A DNA stretch of 63,816 nucleotides, counting the filler, from Elsinoe ampelina (taxonomy: Eukaryota): NCBI GenBank assembly GCA_010093995.1. It is 32 parts of 32 records of this genome, joined end to end, with 100 filler letters (N's around TTAATTAATTAA, not from the genome) between each part and the next. Parts side by side here need not be neighbours in the genome. Positions count along the whole stretch, not along the records: positions 37,012 to 38,789 come from ML992632.1; positions 38,890 to 40,649 come from ML992633.1; positions 40,750 to 42,475 come from ML992634.1; positions 42,576 to 44,272 come from ML992635.1; positions 44,373 to 46,068 come from ML992636.1; positions 46,169 to 47,846 come from ML992637.1; positions 47,947 to 49,568 come from ML992639.1; positions 49,669 to 51,271 come from ML992640.1; 24 more parts are not named here. One strand, given 5' to 3'. Shown in pieces: positions 37,012 to 51,465 of this stretch. Under the pieces are notes generated by a model. It was not told the DNA's origin. It saw only the letters and a program-made list of their open reading frames with translations, and did not search any database. The position numbers and the translations under genes are program-made. Position 1 is the first letter of the stretch, and every line of letters begins with the position of its first letter.

Positions 37012-38789
37012 TATAGAGTACATACAGCATATAGAGAACACAATAGAGAATATATGTATATAGGAATAGTCCTTACCTTATATAAGTACTATAGTTAACC
37101 TCGTCTAGATAGCGAACACTAGTATTACTAAGGCTAGCCTTTGTAATACTATCTAATTGTACTTTATTATCTATAAGACATACCTTCTCTAACTCTTACC
37201 TTAGTGCTATACTACTATAGAAGTAGAACTACCTCGTTCCTAGCTTAGCTTAGACTACTAGTGTAGGCTATGTTTAGACAGTTCGTAACATTTTAACTAC
37301 TCTTACTATAGTATAGCACGCTATAAGGTTAATAAGTAACTCTTGCTCTAAGTTACTATTAGCATCTTTAATCGCTAGTAAGCTAGGAAAGCTTACTATT
37401 AATAACATATGTACTACTAGTTTAACCTCGAGCGAACATAGAAGGTCTTTTAGTATAGAAGGACAAAGTAGGCCTAAGTTAGAGGTAGAACTCTTCTATA
37501 GGGACTATGCCTACTTAAGGCGCTTCCTTGTTTAACTTAAAGCCTTCTTCGCTCTAGAGAGAGATAAGTATAGCAACGACACAGCAAAGGTCCTCTATAC
37601 TAAGATACACCTTAAGAGCGCTACCTTCGGGTAGTTCGAGCCTTATATAAGTAGCTACCTAGATAGATAACTAGGCCTAGATATAAAGGCTATCTTTAAG
37701 AGCTTTAGTATCTTCTAGGCAAAGATTAAGCAAGTCTTTAATGTATCTAACAAGGAACGTGTCGCTATAACAAAGATTTAACAATTATAACAACGTAGGT
37801 CTATAGCCTAGTACTATTTCTAGTTCTAACAACTTGTAATATACCTAGACTAGGACAATAGTACTAAACACTTAGTATTCTATTAAGGACTAAGCGACTT
37901 AGTTAAAGACTAAATAATACTTAAGCTACTCGATAGCCTTTAGGAACTAGTAGACACTATAATTACTATTAATAATAGACTTTATAAACGACGTATAGAA
38001 CGTTATAGGGGATATAAGGTAAATACTAGATATACGCGTTCCTCCCGAAACTATAGAGACCCTATAGAACTTAATACTATATACAAAGGCTGCCTCTTAT
38101 AGGTACGAGGCTACAGCCGTAGAGGAAAGTTCCTTAGTAGAAAAGAGAGAAAGAAGTATAGATAAGATAATCTATATTTTAAATATAAAAGACCTAGGTA
38201 TCGAGCTAGGGACTACCGATAAGGGGCGCTAGCTAATAAATTATATATAATAGTTACTAGGCTAGTAGAAAAAAAGGCCGACACTACTATAGAAGACCTA
38301 ACGACCTTTAGTATAGGTAAGGAAATATAGAAGAGATCTATAACAACTCGAGAGGTAATAGAATCCTCTCTAGATGTTATGCTTAATATCTCTACGACTA
38401 ATAGCGAATAATAAAGCTAATATGCGACGCTATTATAGATAGTATATTATAATAACTCTTATTATATTTACTTATTAGATAAGTAGGGATCTAGTTAGTT
38501 CCTATATAAGCTATCTAAGCGTAGGTAACTAATAAAATAGCTAGACTAGAGGCTTAACCTAGAAAGGCTCTCTATAATTAGTAGTAATATTAACTAACCT
38601 TAGAAGGTAGTTAGCGACAATTACTAATATACGATTATCGAGATAAAGTATTAGGACGCAAGTGCTATATAATAACATAGTAGTTTTACTTTTAGCTCTT
38701 ATAGTAAACTACAAGGAAAGGCATATTATATATCGCTCTAGAAATGTACAAATCTAGATTATAAATAGTACTATACTATCTACTTATAC
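37012..38789 (+). mobile_element. Gypsy family F partial 5' LTR (to 37290) and gag, RIP-mutated
   Basis: The LTR ends GTTCGTAACA at 37290. The gag region aligns to 20509-21965 with extra C>T/G>A changes. Confidence 0.9.
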
Positions 38790-38889
38790 NNNNNNNNNNN
38801 NNNNNNNNNNNNNNNNNNNNNNNNNNNNNNNNNTTAATTAATTAANNNNNNNNNNNNNNNNNNNNNNNNNNNNNNNNNNNNNNNNNNNN

Positions 38890-40649
38890 TATAAAATCTA
38901 AAGCGTTAGTCTCGAGCTAGAGAGGCTTACCTAATAAAAAGTAGCGTAGTATAGGCACTTACGTAAAGGTAGCTTTAAGCCTATCGAAGGCCTATACTAT
39001 ATTATTGCTCTATAGAAATAGGCCTACTTACTTCTCTTAGACTAACTCTTATATAAGTATAGTTAGTAGTAGCGCTATATAGGAGAAGCCCTTAATAAAT
39101 TAATAGTAGAAATTAGCAAATCTAAGAAAGGTTTATAACTTCTTAAGGCTAGTTAGAGTAGACTAGTTAGTAACGGCTTACACCTAAGGCTACTCTATTA
39201 TAACGCTATTACTACTAATAACGTAGCCTAGAAATACTACCTATATTGCCTTAAAGATATACTTCTTTAGTTTTATATAGAGGCTATTCTTATATAGGTA
39301 GTCTAGTACGCTTCTAATAGCTAGGTAATACTCTTACTTATCGCTAGTATAGATTAGAATATTATTTAGGTATATAATATAGTAGTAGTCTACTAAGCTA
39401 CTTAAGCACTAATATATATAAGTCTAGAACGTAGCTAGGGCGTTAGTAAGGCTAAAAGGCATAATAGTATATTTAAAGTAGCTATAGTAATAGTAGAACG
39501 CTATCTTCTATTTATCGCTATACTAGATATATACCCTATAGTAGGTATCTATAAGGTCTAGCTTACTAAATAAGTATACGCCCTCGATATAATTAAGCAT
39601 CTTAGCAATTAGAGGCAAGGGGTAATAGTTCTTAATAGTAATATTGTTTAGCCTATAATAGTTAATATATAGGCGTAGTAAACTATTCTTCTTAGGAACG
39701 AATAGAATAGAAGACCCTATAGAGCTAGTACTATACTAGAGTCGACCTGTCGCTAAGCTATTATCTATATACTCTTAAAGTACCTAAAGCTCCTTCTCGC
39801 TAAGGGAGTAAATAGGTCCCTAGAGTAGCTATTTCCCCTCTTTAATATTAATAGAGTAAGTAAAATTATTACCTAGTAGCGCTATTACTACGCTCTTATT
39901 AAAAACGTCTATATAGTTATTAAGCTAGTATAGTAGAGTTAGGGCGCTAAGTTCGTCCTAGCGTATATATACTAGATAGAGCTAGGCATTAGGCTAATTT
40001 AGCTCCTAGAAGAAGAAGAGTATATCTAGGATCGACACCTATATAGCGCTAGTATAATGCCTCTATATACTAGCGCTTTACTAAATCTTAGAGTTGTAGG
40101 ACAATAGCTATAGTAGGCCTAATATAAGATTATAACTAGTTATATTAATACTTTTAAATCGCTAGCGTAATACTTACGTTATTTCTTCGCTATTCTTAAT
40201 AGTAAAGGCTAACTTAGTATATCTATAGGTAGTTAATTCGTATTTGTCTAAGCCGCGTACCTAGTATACTACTAGGGGGTCGATAGCGATATAATAGCGT
40301 ATAGTAAAATACTAGCTAATAAAGTTACTATTGGTACTACTATCTATTAGAGCTACCTCTTCGATAGGGCCTTTAGGTAGGTTAACTACAACGTTAGTAC
40401 AAATTTAGTATATATTCTATATCGCGCTAAAGCTACTTAGAGTTAGCAAATATAAGGACACTATTCGTTTTAAAGAGTTCTTCTAGGGATAGTTCGGCGC
40501 CTAATAGTCTAGGCTCTTATAGATATTATAAAGGTAAGTAGCGCTAGGTCGGAGAGCTATAGGGGTAGCGTTAGCGCTACTCTACTAGTCCTTTTAGCTC
40601 TTATAGTCTTTATTATAGTAAGGCCTTTTAGTAAAAGTATTAGTCTTCT
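38890..40649 (-). mobile_element. Gypsy family C gag end, protease, RT and RNase H start, RIP-mutated
   Basis: 38890-39805 is the reverse complement of 2839-3755. De-RIP LIDSGA(NS)NFI protease motif at ~40320-40350. Confidence 0.87.
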
Positions 40650-40749
40650 NNNNNNNNNNNNNNNNNNNNNNNNNNNNNNNNNNNNNNNNNNNNTTAATTA
40701 ATTAANNNNNNNNNNNNNNNNNNNNNNNNNNNNNNNNNNNNNNNNNNNN

Positions 40750-42339
40750 TATAGTACTTAATAATAGTAGTATATAGCGTAGGCTATAACTTAGTAAGGA
40801 GATAGTGTACTCTTTATTCTTCTAAGTAGAGAGCTAGTTACTTCTCTAGAGTAGTAAGTTCTAAGGTAAAGGCCTAGATAGATTAGCTCTTACGTTATTA
40901 GGTACCCTTATATATAAGAGTTATATACACTCTATAGTTAATAGGGTTATTAACTACGTTCTATACGAACTAGCGAAATTGCTCCTATATATAGCTCTCT
41001 AGGCTATCTACGTAGTAGTAGTAATACTATATCTTATCTAGCTCGCTAGCGAGGAATATAACTCTATATAGTACCTTCTACTAATTAGTAGAATAAGCCT
41101 TAGGGGCTAGAGTAAAGATAACCTCGAGATTCTTTAGGAAGAATCTTGCCTCTTTAAGCGTCTTACTCTAATAGGAATAAGGCTCCCTTAATTAAGGTTA
41201 TCCTAAGGACAGCCTTATAAATAATCCGCCTACGCTACGTACGCTCTAAGTACTAGCTTCGCTTACTACGTACTCTATAGAGGTACGCGAGCTATAGCTA
41301 AAGCTAGTAGAAGTATATTCTATATTATATATATAATATATCTACTTAATCTCTTCCTCGAGGCTCTAAGCTTTAAGCTTTAGCTCTAAATACTTACGCT
41401 TAGCGCGTAGGTATAGTAGCTACTCTACGAGAGTTTCTTCTTTCTCTAGGGAAGTCTACTTAATAGAGTCTATCTCTATAATATTGTTTATACGAGGTAT
41501 AGGCGCCTTGCTAATAGAGTTCTAGTTGTCTATAGAGTCTAATAGATTATAACTATAAGGGAGTAATTAGAACTATTAAAGCTTTATATTAAAGCTATAT
41601 ATGTTATAATATAGAGAACGCCTATCTAACCGAATAGTCCGTTAGTAGTAGAACTAATTACTATTAAGCCCTAGGCGTAAGTACTACGTAGGATATTTAA
41701 GTACGTTATATAAGTAGGACTAGCCGCTACTAAGTGCCGCTCTAATACTAAGCCCTTATAGTTCTCTTAGTTAAGGTTATCTAGAGGACAGCCTTATAAA
41801 TAGTCTACTACTACTATATATACTCTATATACTAGCGTTACTTACTATAGGCTTAGTAGAAGTACGCGAGCTATAGTTAAAGCCTTCTTAGTAGTATTCT
41901 ATATCGTATATATAGTGTATTTACTTAATCTCTTCCTTAAGGCTCTAAGCCTTAAGCTCTAGCTCTAAATACTTACGCTTAGCGCGTAGGTATAGTAGCT
42001 ACTCCGCGAGAGTTTCTTCTTTCTCTAGGGGAGTCTACTTAATAGAGTCTATCTCTATAATATTATTTACGTAAGATATAGGCGCCTTACTAATAGAGTT
42101 CTAGTTGTCTATAGAGTCTAATAGATTATAACTATAGGGGAGTAATTAGAACTATTAAAGCCTTATATTAAAGCTATATATATTATAATATAGAGAACGC
42201 CTATCTAACTAAATAGTCCGTTAGTAGTAGAACTAATTACTATTAAGCCTTAGGCGTAAGTGCTACGTAGGATATTTAAGTACGTTACGTAAGCGGGACT
42301 AGCCGCTACTAAGTGCTACTCTAATACTAAGCCCTTATA
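40750..42339 (-). mobile_element. Two nested gypsy family B 5' ends (LTRs 41548-41760 and 42127-42339, each followed by gag)
   Basis: The LTR+gag block is duplicated internally. The first LTR abuts gag sequence of the second copy at 41761. Confidence 0.83.
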
Positions 42340-42475
42340 GAAGGCTAGAAAACGTATTATTAGCCGACAAGAGTAGATATTAATCCTCGAGTATATATAA
42401 GTCTCTAGAGACGCTCTTCTCTCCCTTATTATCTATAAGGCTAAATACCTTATAATATAGTAGATTCTAGATCCG
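42340..42475 (+). mobile_element. pogo-like transposase fragment (same locus as 20049-20184)
   Basis: Appears to be the exact reverse complement of 20049-20184. Confidence 0.8.
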
Positions 42476-42575
42476 NNNNNNNNNNNNNNNNNNNNNNNNN
42501 NNNNNNNNNNNNNNNNNNNTTAATTAATTAANNNNNNNNNNNNNNNNNNNNNNNNNNNNNNNNNNNNNNNNNNNN

Positions 42576-44272
42576 TCTCTCTTAGAACTTATCCTTAACT
42601 ATAGAGGATAACAATACCTAATTAAGGTAGCTAGTGCTAACACTCTTAAAGGACAACTATAAGAAGTAGTTCTAATAGATAGAGCTCTAGCTAGCATCTA
42701 AGAAGGTGTTATAGACCCTTAATTCCCTTACTAAACCACTAGTAATAACTCTAGGGTTATTATTAGCTTCTTTATTTAACTCCTAGTATTCTCCTTAGTT
42801 AGTAGAGGAGAATAGTGCTACCCTTTACTAGATCTATAGATATATCTTAGAAAGAGATTAAGAGATAATTTAGGAATAGTAGTAGGCTAAACTAGCTTAG
42901 GAGAAGCTAAAGAGTAAGTACATAAAGCAGATAGGTATATAGGTAAGACAACTATAGAGAGAGTTTATTACATATACTATAAGTAATAAGATAACTATCT
43001 TAGAAGCCTAGTTACACCTAACTATGTTAGGAAGGAGGATTAATAGATCTTTATAGGTTAAGTAATACTCTACACTAACGACAAGAATCTAAACTCTGCT
43101 TACTACTCTTCTAGCTTTATAGTTATTTATAAGGGATGCCTTAGATGCTTAGCTATACCTTAGTATAAATAAGATCTATAATATCCTTAAGGAAAAGGAA
43201 GCCTAGAAGGGAGAAGGGGAATCTACTATGTTTATAAGAGATAGACTACAAGGAACTAGTAGAAGTCTAACTTATATATATATCTTATATAAGGAACCTA
43301 GACACTCTATGTCTAGGTGCCCTTATCTCTAATAAGCTAAGAAGCATGTCCCCTCCTATAGGGTTACTAAAAGAGCTAGTCCTATAAGGAGATAGTCACC
43401 TAAACGCTAGGAGCTGCTTAAACTTATAAGATAGCTTACTAAGAGAATAGATTCTCTAGAAGCAGCTAAGTTAAAGAGGAAAGGTAAAGCCTATCTAGCT
43501 ACTAAAGGAGGATCACTATTAACATCTCTATCTCTACTACTAGAGGTTCTTTCTAGAGGTAAAGAGCTTAAGACTATAGGTTCTATATTAGAGGTTTAAG
43601 GTAAGCTTCTACACTATTAGTAGATACTTAACTCTAGAGCATCTAACTATATAATAGACAGGCTAACTCTCTTTAGGGGCCTATTAAGTAAGATATATAC
43701 TCGATAGATCTAGGTTAGGGAGAGTTACCTTTAGTTATAGTTAATAGAAACTACTATTATTAAGACTAAGAAGAGAGATAAGATAAAGGTATAGGCTCTT
43801 TATATACCTAATCTTAGTGTTAATTTAGTCTCCTATTACAAGCTATATATAGACTTAGAAGTTTCTAGAGTTCTTAATTTAAATTCTTTTCTTGTTCTTA
43901 ATTTATAAAAGCAGCTACTACTTAAAGCTAGAATTCGAGGGGGGGTATATATTATCTAATCCCTCTTTAAGTAGTTAGCTAATTAAAAGCCGCATTCTAG
44001 ATCTAAGCCCGGCTTAATTCTAGATCTAGCTAATTAGGACATAGTATTCCTTACTACTTAGCTAGTAATTATATTACATACTAAGTATATATATCTAACC
44101 TAGGATAAGCAACATAAGGATCTTATTAATTTAAGACCTAATAACTCTAATATAGAGTACTAACTCTAGCATAGGAGATTTGCTTACCTTAGAGTTAAGA
44201 AGCTTAGGGATCTTTATAAGGTTATAACTCTTAAGAAGCTTATTAATTTAAACTATAATTTGTTAATCCTAT
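42576..44272 (+). mobile_element. Ty1/copia gag, protease and GAG-pre-integrase region, RIP-mutated
   Basis: De-RIP WILDSGASNHM at 43621-43653, ALYVPNLGVNLVS at ~43795 and LWHRRFAHLG at 44164-44193. Confidence 0.85.
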
Positions 44273-44372
44273 NNNNNNNNNNNNNNNNNNNNNNNNNNNN
44301 NNNNNNNNNNNNNNNNTTAATTAATTAANNNNNNNNNNNNNNNNNNNNNNNNNNNNNNNNNNNNNNNNNNNN

Positions 44373-46068
44373 TATATATTAGTTTAGGGTTTTATGTTAT
44401 AAGCTAGAGAACAAGGCGTATAATGTCTACTTTCCTATTATAGCAAAAGCGCTTCTATACTAAGCTCTAATAATATAGAGTATATACTCCCCCTCTATCT
44501 AGCGGACAAGATCTATAATAACACTAGCTTAGAGGGCCCTCTCCGGAAGATGCTTATTAATTTCTATATCTATTCTAGTTACGGCAAGTAGAGCGTTTAT
44601 CTAATCTAAGGCACGTACGGTGCGTTTAACTAAAATTAGGTAGGTATAGTGCGTTTAACTAAATTTAGATAGGTGCGGTGCGTTTATAGCGACCTAACGT
44701 AGTTAAACTTAGTTTAATGCGGAGAAACCTAATATTATAACTCCCTACGCTTAGGACTTTCGTAACGTAAGAGTTTACTAATATCTTCTCTAAAGAGTAA
44801 TCTAATATGCTCTCTCTATATCGGCCGGATTTTAACAATCGAATTACACTTAAGAATAGAGCTAAACTACTATACACTAAACCCCTACGCTATCTATTAC
44901 TAGAAGAGCTTAATATAGTAGAATAGTTTATCTATAAGTACCTCGATAAAGGCTTTATTACGCTAAGCTTAGCTAGCTATTCCTTGCCTATTCTCTTTGT
45001 TTATAAGCCTAGTAGTAGACTCCGCCTTTACGTTAATTACTATAGCCTTAATAAGGTAACTAAGTAAGATATCTATTTTCTCTCTTTTATTAAAGAAATA
45101 CTTACGCGCGTAAGTAAGGCTAAATAGTTTAGTAAGATCGACATTTATTAAGCCTTCTACTACCTCTATAATTCTATTAATAGTAAAGACCTTACTATAT
45201 TCTTTATATATATAGGTAACTTTAAGTAGCTAGTAATACTATTCGGCCTTACTAATACCTCTACTATATAGTAGAGGTTTATAAATTACAACTTCGTCGA
45301 TATACTAGAGCGCTTTATATCGATCTATCTAAATAATATTCTTATCTATACTAATAGCTTTCGCCGGGAGTATACTAAGTATATTAAGCTAGTACTCTAG
45401 AGGCTCTACGAATTAGGCCTAAATACTAATATTAAGAAGAGTAAGTTCTATATAACAAAAGTAAAGTACCTTAGTATTATTATTAGCTAAGATAGAGTTA
45501 AGATAGATTCTAAGAAGGTATAAGCTATATAAGCGTAGAAACAGCTAGCCCCTAGTAACACTACTTAGGTAAGGAGCTTTATTAGCTTCTATAGCTACTA
45601 CTATTGCTTTATTAAGGGATTTAGTACTATTACTAAACTGCTAAATAATCTACTTAAGAAGAACACTATACTATAGAACAATAAGTATACTACTATATTT
45701 AATTATATAAAGTACACTATTATAAGTATACCTATCCTTACGTACTTCGATTACTTAAAATAGATAGTCCTTAAGATAGACGCCTCTAACACTACTACTA
45801 CCGGAATTCTGTTATAATATAATAAGTCTAACATTCTTTAGCCTATTACTTTTTTTTAGTAAATCTATAAATAAAGCTAAACGTAATTATACTATCTATA
45901 ATAAGGAACTACTAGCTATTATCTAAGCCTTCGAGGAGTAGACTCCCGAGCTTATAAGTACTTAATCTAATAAGGCTATCTACGTTCTTACTAACTACTA
46001 ATCCTTAATGCACTTTATAAAGACTTAGAAGCTATTACGCTACTAAGCGCGCTAGGCTCTCTACCTTA
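44373..46068 (+). mobile_element. Gypsy family A protease end, RT and RNase H, RIP-mutated
   Basis: De-RIP GGLRLCVDYRGLN at ~45010-45050, YLDDILIY at ~45326 and RNYAIYDKELLAI at ~45880. Confidence 0.88.
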
Positions 46069-46168
46069 NNNNNNNNNNNNNNNNNNNNNNNNNNNNNNNN
46101 NNNNNNNNNNNNTTAATTAATTAANNNNNNNNNNNNNNNNNNNNNNNNNNNNNNNNNNNNNNNNNNNN

Positions 46169-47846
46169 CCTTTTAGTTAAGGAAGTTTATCCTAGTAGAG
46201 TATAACTACGAGACGTACGACTAAGAGTTATTAGTAATTGTATATATATTTAAGTAATAGCGACACTACCTCGAAGGTGCCGCGTATATAATTTAAGTAC
46301 TTACTAGCTATAATAACCTCCGAGGATTTATAAAGCTAAAATAGCTAAATGGCTAATAAGCTTACTAGGCTACTTTCCTTGCTGCTTTTAACTTTATAAT
46401 AGAGCATTAGGCAGGTATAAGGAACCTAGCTAATATGCCTTTAAGGCGCCCTAACTACGTAGCGAAAGAGTAAGAGGTGTTATACTTTCTCTCTACTCTT
46501 TAGAACAAGCTTTATATATAGGACTAGACTATCGATGTTAAGGAAGCTACTTCGCTTATTAGATATATCTACGCTATATATAAGGCTACCCTAGGACAGG
46601 CCTAGGCTACCTATATACTATATAGTAGCGACTTCTCTTCTAAGAACTTCTAGGGGCTTATAACGACCTAGCGAGTCGTAGTTATAGCAACTATAAGGGA
46701 GAATCCCTTTAAAGATCTATCTACTAACCTAATATTAGTAGTAGAGCTACTATAAGAATAAGACTCCGAAATTGTAAAGCTACATTTATAAGTAGGAAGT
46801 AGTAGAGACAAGAGTAGAGCGCTATAGAATATATAAGATAATCTTCTCTTCTATAAGAAGTTACTAGTTATTCTAAATAATAGCGCACTTAAGGCGTAAG
46901 TACTATATATATACTATAATAGTAAATAGGCTAGTTACTTTAGTAAGGATAAGACGATTAAGCTTCTCTTGTAGAAATACTTCTAGCTAACTATAAGAAA
47001 GAATATTAATAACTATATATAGTTATACTAAGTTTACTAGAAGTATAAGGCGCGCCGCTATTACCTCTATAGCAAGTTATATACGCTACCGATGCTAAAC
47101 TACCTATAGTAAGAAATTATAATAGATTTTATTACTAATCTACTACCTAGTAAGTAAGGCAATAGCGTCTATAATATAGTACTAGTAATTATAGACTATT
47201 ACACTAAGATATTACTATATATCCTAACTACTAAGAAGTGTACGTCCTTAGATCTTATAGAGATTATATAAGACTACGTAATTCGCTACTATAGAGTTCT
47301 AAGGAGTATTATAAGTAATTAAGGATCGGTCTTTACTAGCTAGTTCTAGAGCGATTTCTGTTATAAGACATATATAAAGCATAGGCTTAGTATAGCCTTC
47401 TACCCGTAGATAGATAGTTAGACTAAGTAGTAGAACTAGATATTAGAATAGTACCTAAGGTGCTACTATATAGAACTATAGAACGACTAGGCTAAACGTC
47501 TATCTTAAGCGGAATTCGTAAGCAATAACAGCGTTTATACTACGCTACGTATAAGCCTCTTCTAGATAATATATAGCTACTATCCTAAGTTAGAGGTAAT
47601 AGCTATTAAGTCTCGGGATAAGACTTTAAAGGGAAGAGTACTAGTAGTATTAGAGTTAGCGTAACGCTTATAAGATATATATACTAAGCTAGTAGAGTAA
47701 TAGAAAGAGGCTTCTACCTACTAGGCTAAGTACTATAACAAGAAGTATATACTAAGAGTATATAGCATAGGTAACTTAGTACTACTCTTAGCTAAGAACT
47801 TATAGCTACCTATACTAAAGAAGAAGATAGAACTATAATTCCTTAG
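46169..47846 (+). mobile_element. Gypsy family B RNase H and integrase, RIP-mutated
   Basis: De-RIP LSTAFHPQTDGQTERQNQ at ~47385-47440. Reverse complement of 5820-7500. Confidence 0.88.
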
Positions 47847-47946
47847 NNNNNNNNNNNNNNNNNNNNNNNNNNNNNNNNNNNNNNNNNNNNTTAATTAATT
47901 AANNNNNNNNNNNNNNNNNNNNNNNNNNNNNNNNNNNNNNNNNNNN

Positions 47947-49222
47947 TAAGAAGATTATTCTTTTAGTTTATATTAATAATATACTATTTATAGCATAAAG
48001 TAAGAAGAATATTTAGTAGTTTAAGTAAGAACTTAGTAAGATCTTTAAGATTAAAGACCTTAGTAAAGTTAATAAAGTTCTTAGGGTTAAAGTTATAAGG
48101 GATAGACAATAAGGCACCTTAAGACTTAATTAAATCTACTATATAGATAATATGCTATAGAGGCTTAATATAACCTCTAATAAGGTTACTCTAATAAAGT
48201 AGCTAATAGATAATAAGCTCCCTTAAAGAGCTTAGGAAGATAATATAAGGTATAGTAGAACTAAGTACTTATATACTATTAGAAGCTAGATATACCTTAG
48301 TACCCTAATAAGGCTAGATACTACCTTTACTTTAGGAAGGCTAAGTTAGTTTATAGTAGATCTAATAGATAGTTATACTATTAAAATAAAGAAGATATTA
48401 AGATATATTAGATTAACTAAAGATCTTAGTATTATATTTAGAAGGAATAGAAATAAGACTCTTAAGAGATACTTTAATTTAGACTATACCTTAGATAAGT
48501 TAGATAGAGTCTCTATTCTTAGATATATCTTTATACTTATAGGTAGTTCTATTAGCTAGATAAGTAGGAAGTAGAAGTCTATTTTAACCTCTACTATAGA
48601 GGCTAAATATATAGTAATATACTCTTATATAAAGAGATTATAGTTCCTATCTTAGCTACTAAGAGACATAGGCTATTATAAGATAGTTAGGCAATTACTA
48701 TAGAGGCTAACTATAAAGGAATCTTAGAAAGCAATAATAAGATTACTCTTTACTACTAGAATTAATAGTAATAACTAAGTAGCTCTTTTACTCGTAAAAG
48801 AGCTATATACTTATAAAAGAGTAAAGTACATTAATATTGCTTACTACTACGTTAGGAGGCTATAGAGGGACTAGAGGATTTAAGTAGAGTTTATAAGAAT
48901 AATAGATATAGTAGCTAATAGATTAACTAAGCTATTATAAGGTTAGATCTTTATAAGGTTTATAAAGTAACTTAGCTTATTATTAACCTAATAGCTTATC
49001 TATAGGAGCTAAGTAGGAGTATTAAGAATATAGCTCTCTCTAGATAATTAGGCTATAAAGTTATATAACCTTAAGTTATATAATACTAAGGCCTAGAGAT
49101 TTATAGCTATTCTTTCTTCTAGTAGATAGACTTCTTTTAATTAATTAATTCGTCTATTACCTAATTAGTGTATAATTAGTTCTATATAATATTCTACCCC
49201 TAAATGTGCCTTCTACTTAATA
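47947..49222 (+). mobile_element. Copia RT/RNase H, polypurine tract and 3' LTR (49020-49222), RIP-mutated
   Basis: De-RIP YVDD at ~47969, SSTEAEY at ~48587 and SKHIDIAYH at ~48820. The LTR matches 16492-16694. Confidence 0.88.
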
Positions 49223-49568
49223 TAAAGGATAGATATAAAGTTACTAGAATTATAGAACCTTATAAGAAGCTATTCTATAGTAATACCTTACTTAGCATTA
49301 AGAGTTAAAAAACTATTAATATTATAGCTCTTTATAAAGGAAAGTCTATAACTATCTATCTTATAAAGGTAGCCTATATACTATTAATTATAACTAATCT
49401 AGTTAGCCTTAAGAGGTTTATTAATAGTAGAGTCTACTAGAATACTTAAACTATAGAGATTAGCTATAAAGGAAGAGTACTCTTCTTAGTTATACTAAAG
49501 TATAACTAATATATTCTTAAGAATAACTCTAAAGTTCCTAATGTTACTACTATAGTATTAAGGGATAA
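49223..49568 (+). mobile_element. Probable protease region of a different copia element (insertion target)
   Basis: De-RIP ...VAYVP..(T)NLVSLKRF...GVHW... Confidence 0.6.
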
Positions 49569-49668
49569 NNNNNNNNNNNNNNNNNNNNNNNNNNNNNNNN
49601 NNNNNNNNNNNNTTAATTAATTAANNNNNNNNNNNNNNNNNNNNNNNNNNNNNNNNNNNNNNNNNNNN

Positions 49669-51271
49669 TCTTACCTTACTCTCTTATATTTCGACTTTTA
49701 GTATAAAGTAGTTTAACGTATAGATCTTTATTATATTAAGGCTTTAGCTAGTGTTATTGTCTTGCCTTATTAGGCGACAACTAGCTAGTTTTTTGTCATT
49801 GTAGCTCCTTAGATAAGTAGCTAATCTCTTTCTATATATATCTACTATTAGTACTATATCTATTAGGTAAGTTGTGTTTTGTCGCTGTTTAATATAGTAA
49901 GGTAAACTTCTAGCGCCTAAGTCCCTTAGTAACTATAAAGTCTAATAATTCTCTACTAGTTGTACTAAGTAGTGTTATATCTCTATATAGGTATAACTAT
50001 TCCTTCTAGGTGTAGCTAGGTATTAGTATTAAAGATAAAAACAAGTTATATAGATTTATCTTATCGCGTCCTATTCTAGTAGTAGATATATATTATTATA
50101 TAATTCCTCTATATCTCTATAAGGTATACTTTAAGTCGTTCGCTCGATAGTAGTACGTTATTATTGTTATTGTCGAATAAGTTCTTATCTATGTTATTAT
50201 ATTATAGTTGTTTAGTATATCCTTCGTTGTATTCCTCTTCGTCGCTACTGCCTCTAGTATAGTTATAGTTAGTAAGGCTACACCGAGTATATTCTTTTAC
50301 TTAGCTATAGGGAATAGTACTACCTATTTTAATTACTAAGAAGTCTATAGTGTATTTAAGACTAATAGTGTCTTCTCCGAGCATATTGTATAAGTAGATA
50401 GTATAGTACTATTTATAATTTAGATTTATATATTTCTAAAGCGATATATAATATACCTTTCCTTATAGTTCGCTATAAGGGCTAAAGGTAAAGCTACTAT
50501 ATTATTACGTAGCACTTATATTCTAATACTTTGTCTCGATAATCGTATATTAGTAATTGTCGCTAACTACCTTCTAAGGTTAGTTAATGTTACTACTAAT
50601 TATAGAGAGCCTTTCTAAGTTAAGCCCCTAGTCTAGCTATTTTATTAGTTACCTATACTTAGATAGCTTATATAGGAACTAACTAGATCCTTACTTGTCT
50701 AATAAGTAAATATAATAAGAGTTATTATAATATACTATCTATAATAGCGTTGCGTATTAGCTTTATTATTCGCTATTAGTTATAGAGATATTAAGTATAA
50801 CATCTAGAGAGAATTCTATTACCTCTCGAGTTGTCGTAGACCCCTTCTATGTTTCCTTACCTATGCTAAAGGTCGTTAGGTCTTCTATAGTAGTGTCGGC
50901 CTTTTTTTCTACTAGCCCGGTAACTATTATATATAATCTATTAGCTAGCGCCTCTTGTTAGTAGTCTCTAGCCCGATACGTAAGTCTTTTACACTTAAAA
51001 TATAGATTATCTCGTCTATACTTCTCTCTCTCTTTTCTACTAAGGAACTTTCCTCTATAACTATAGCCTTATACCTATAAGAGGTAGCCTTTGTATATAG
51101 TATTAAGTTCTATAGAGTCTCTATAGTTTCGAGAGAAACGCATATATCTAGTATTTACTTTATATCCTCTATAACATTCTATATGTCGTTTGTAAAGTCT
51201 ATTATTAATAGCAATTATAGTGTCTACTAGTTCCTAAAGGCTATTAGGCAGCTCGAGTATTATTTAGTCTT
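49669..51271 (-). mobile_element. Gypsy family F gag to gag/pol junction, RIP-mutated
   Basis: Reverse complement of 21080-22670. Confidence 0.88.
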
Positions 51272-51465
51272 NNNNNNNNNNNNNNNNNNNNNNNNNNNNN
51301 NNNNNNNNNNNNNNNTTAATTAATTAANNNNNNNNNNNNNNNNNNNNNNNNNNNNNNNNNNNNNNNNNNNNAATCTATTAATTACCTTCTAACTACTATA
51401 GTTAGTAGTAAACTAACTCTAACTAAGTCTAGTTTAGCTTAACTAATCTATCTTAGGTCTCTATA

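Noticed and set aside
44665..44877. 70-aa minus-strand ORF
   Set aside because: It is an antisense chance ORF within RIP-mutated gypsy A pol.
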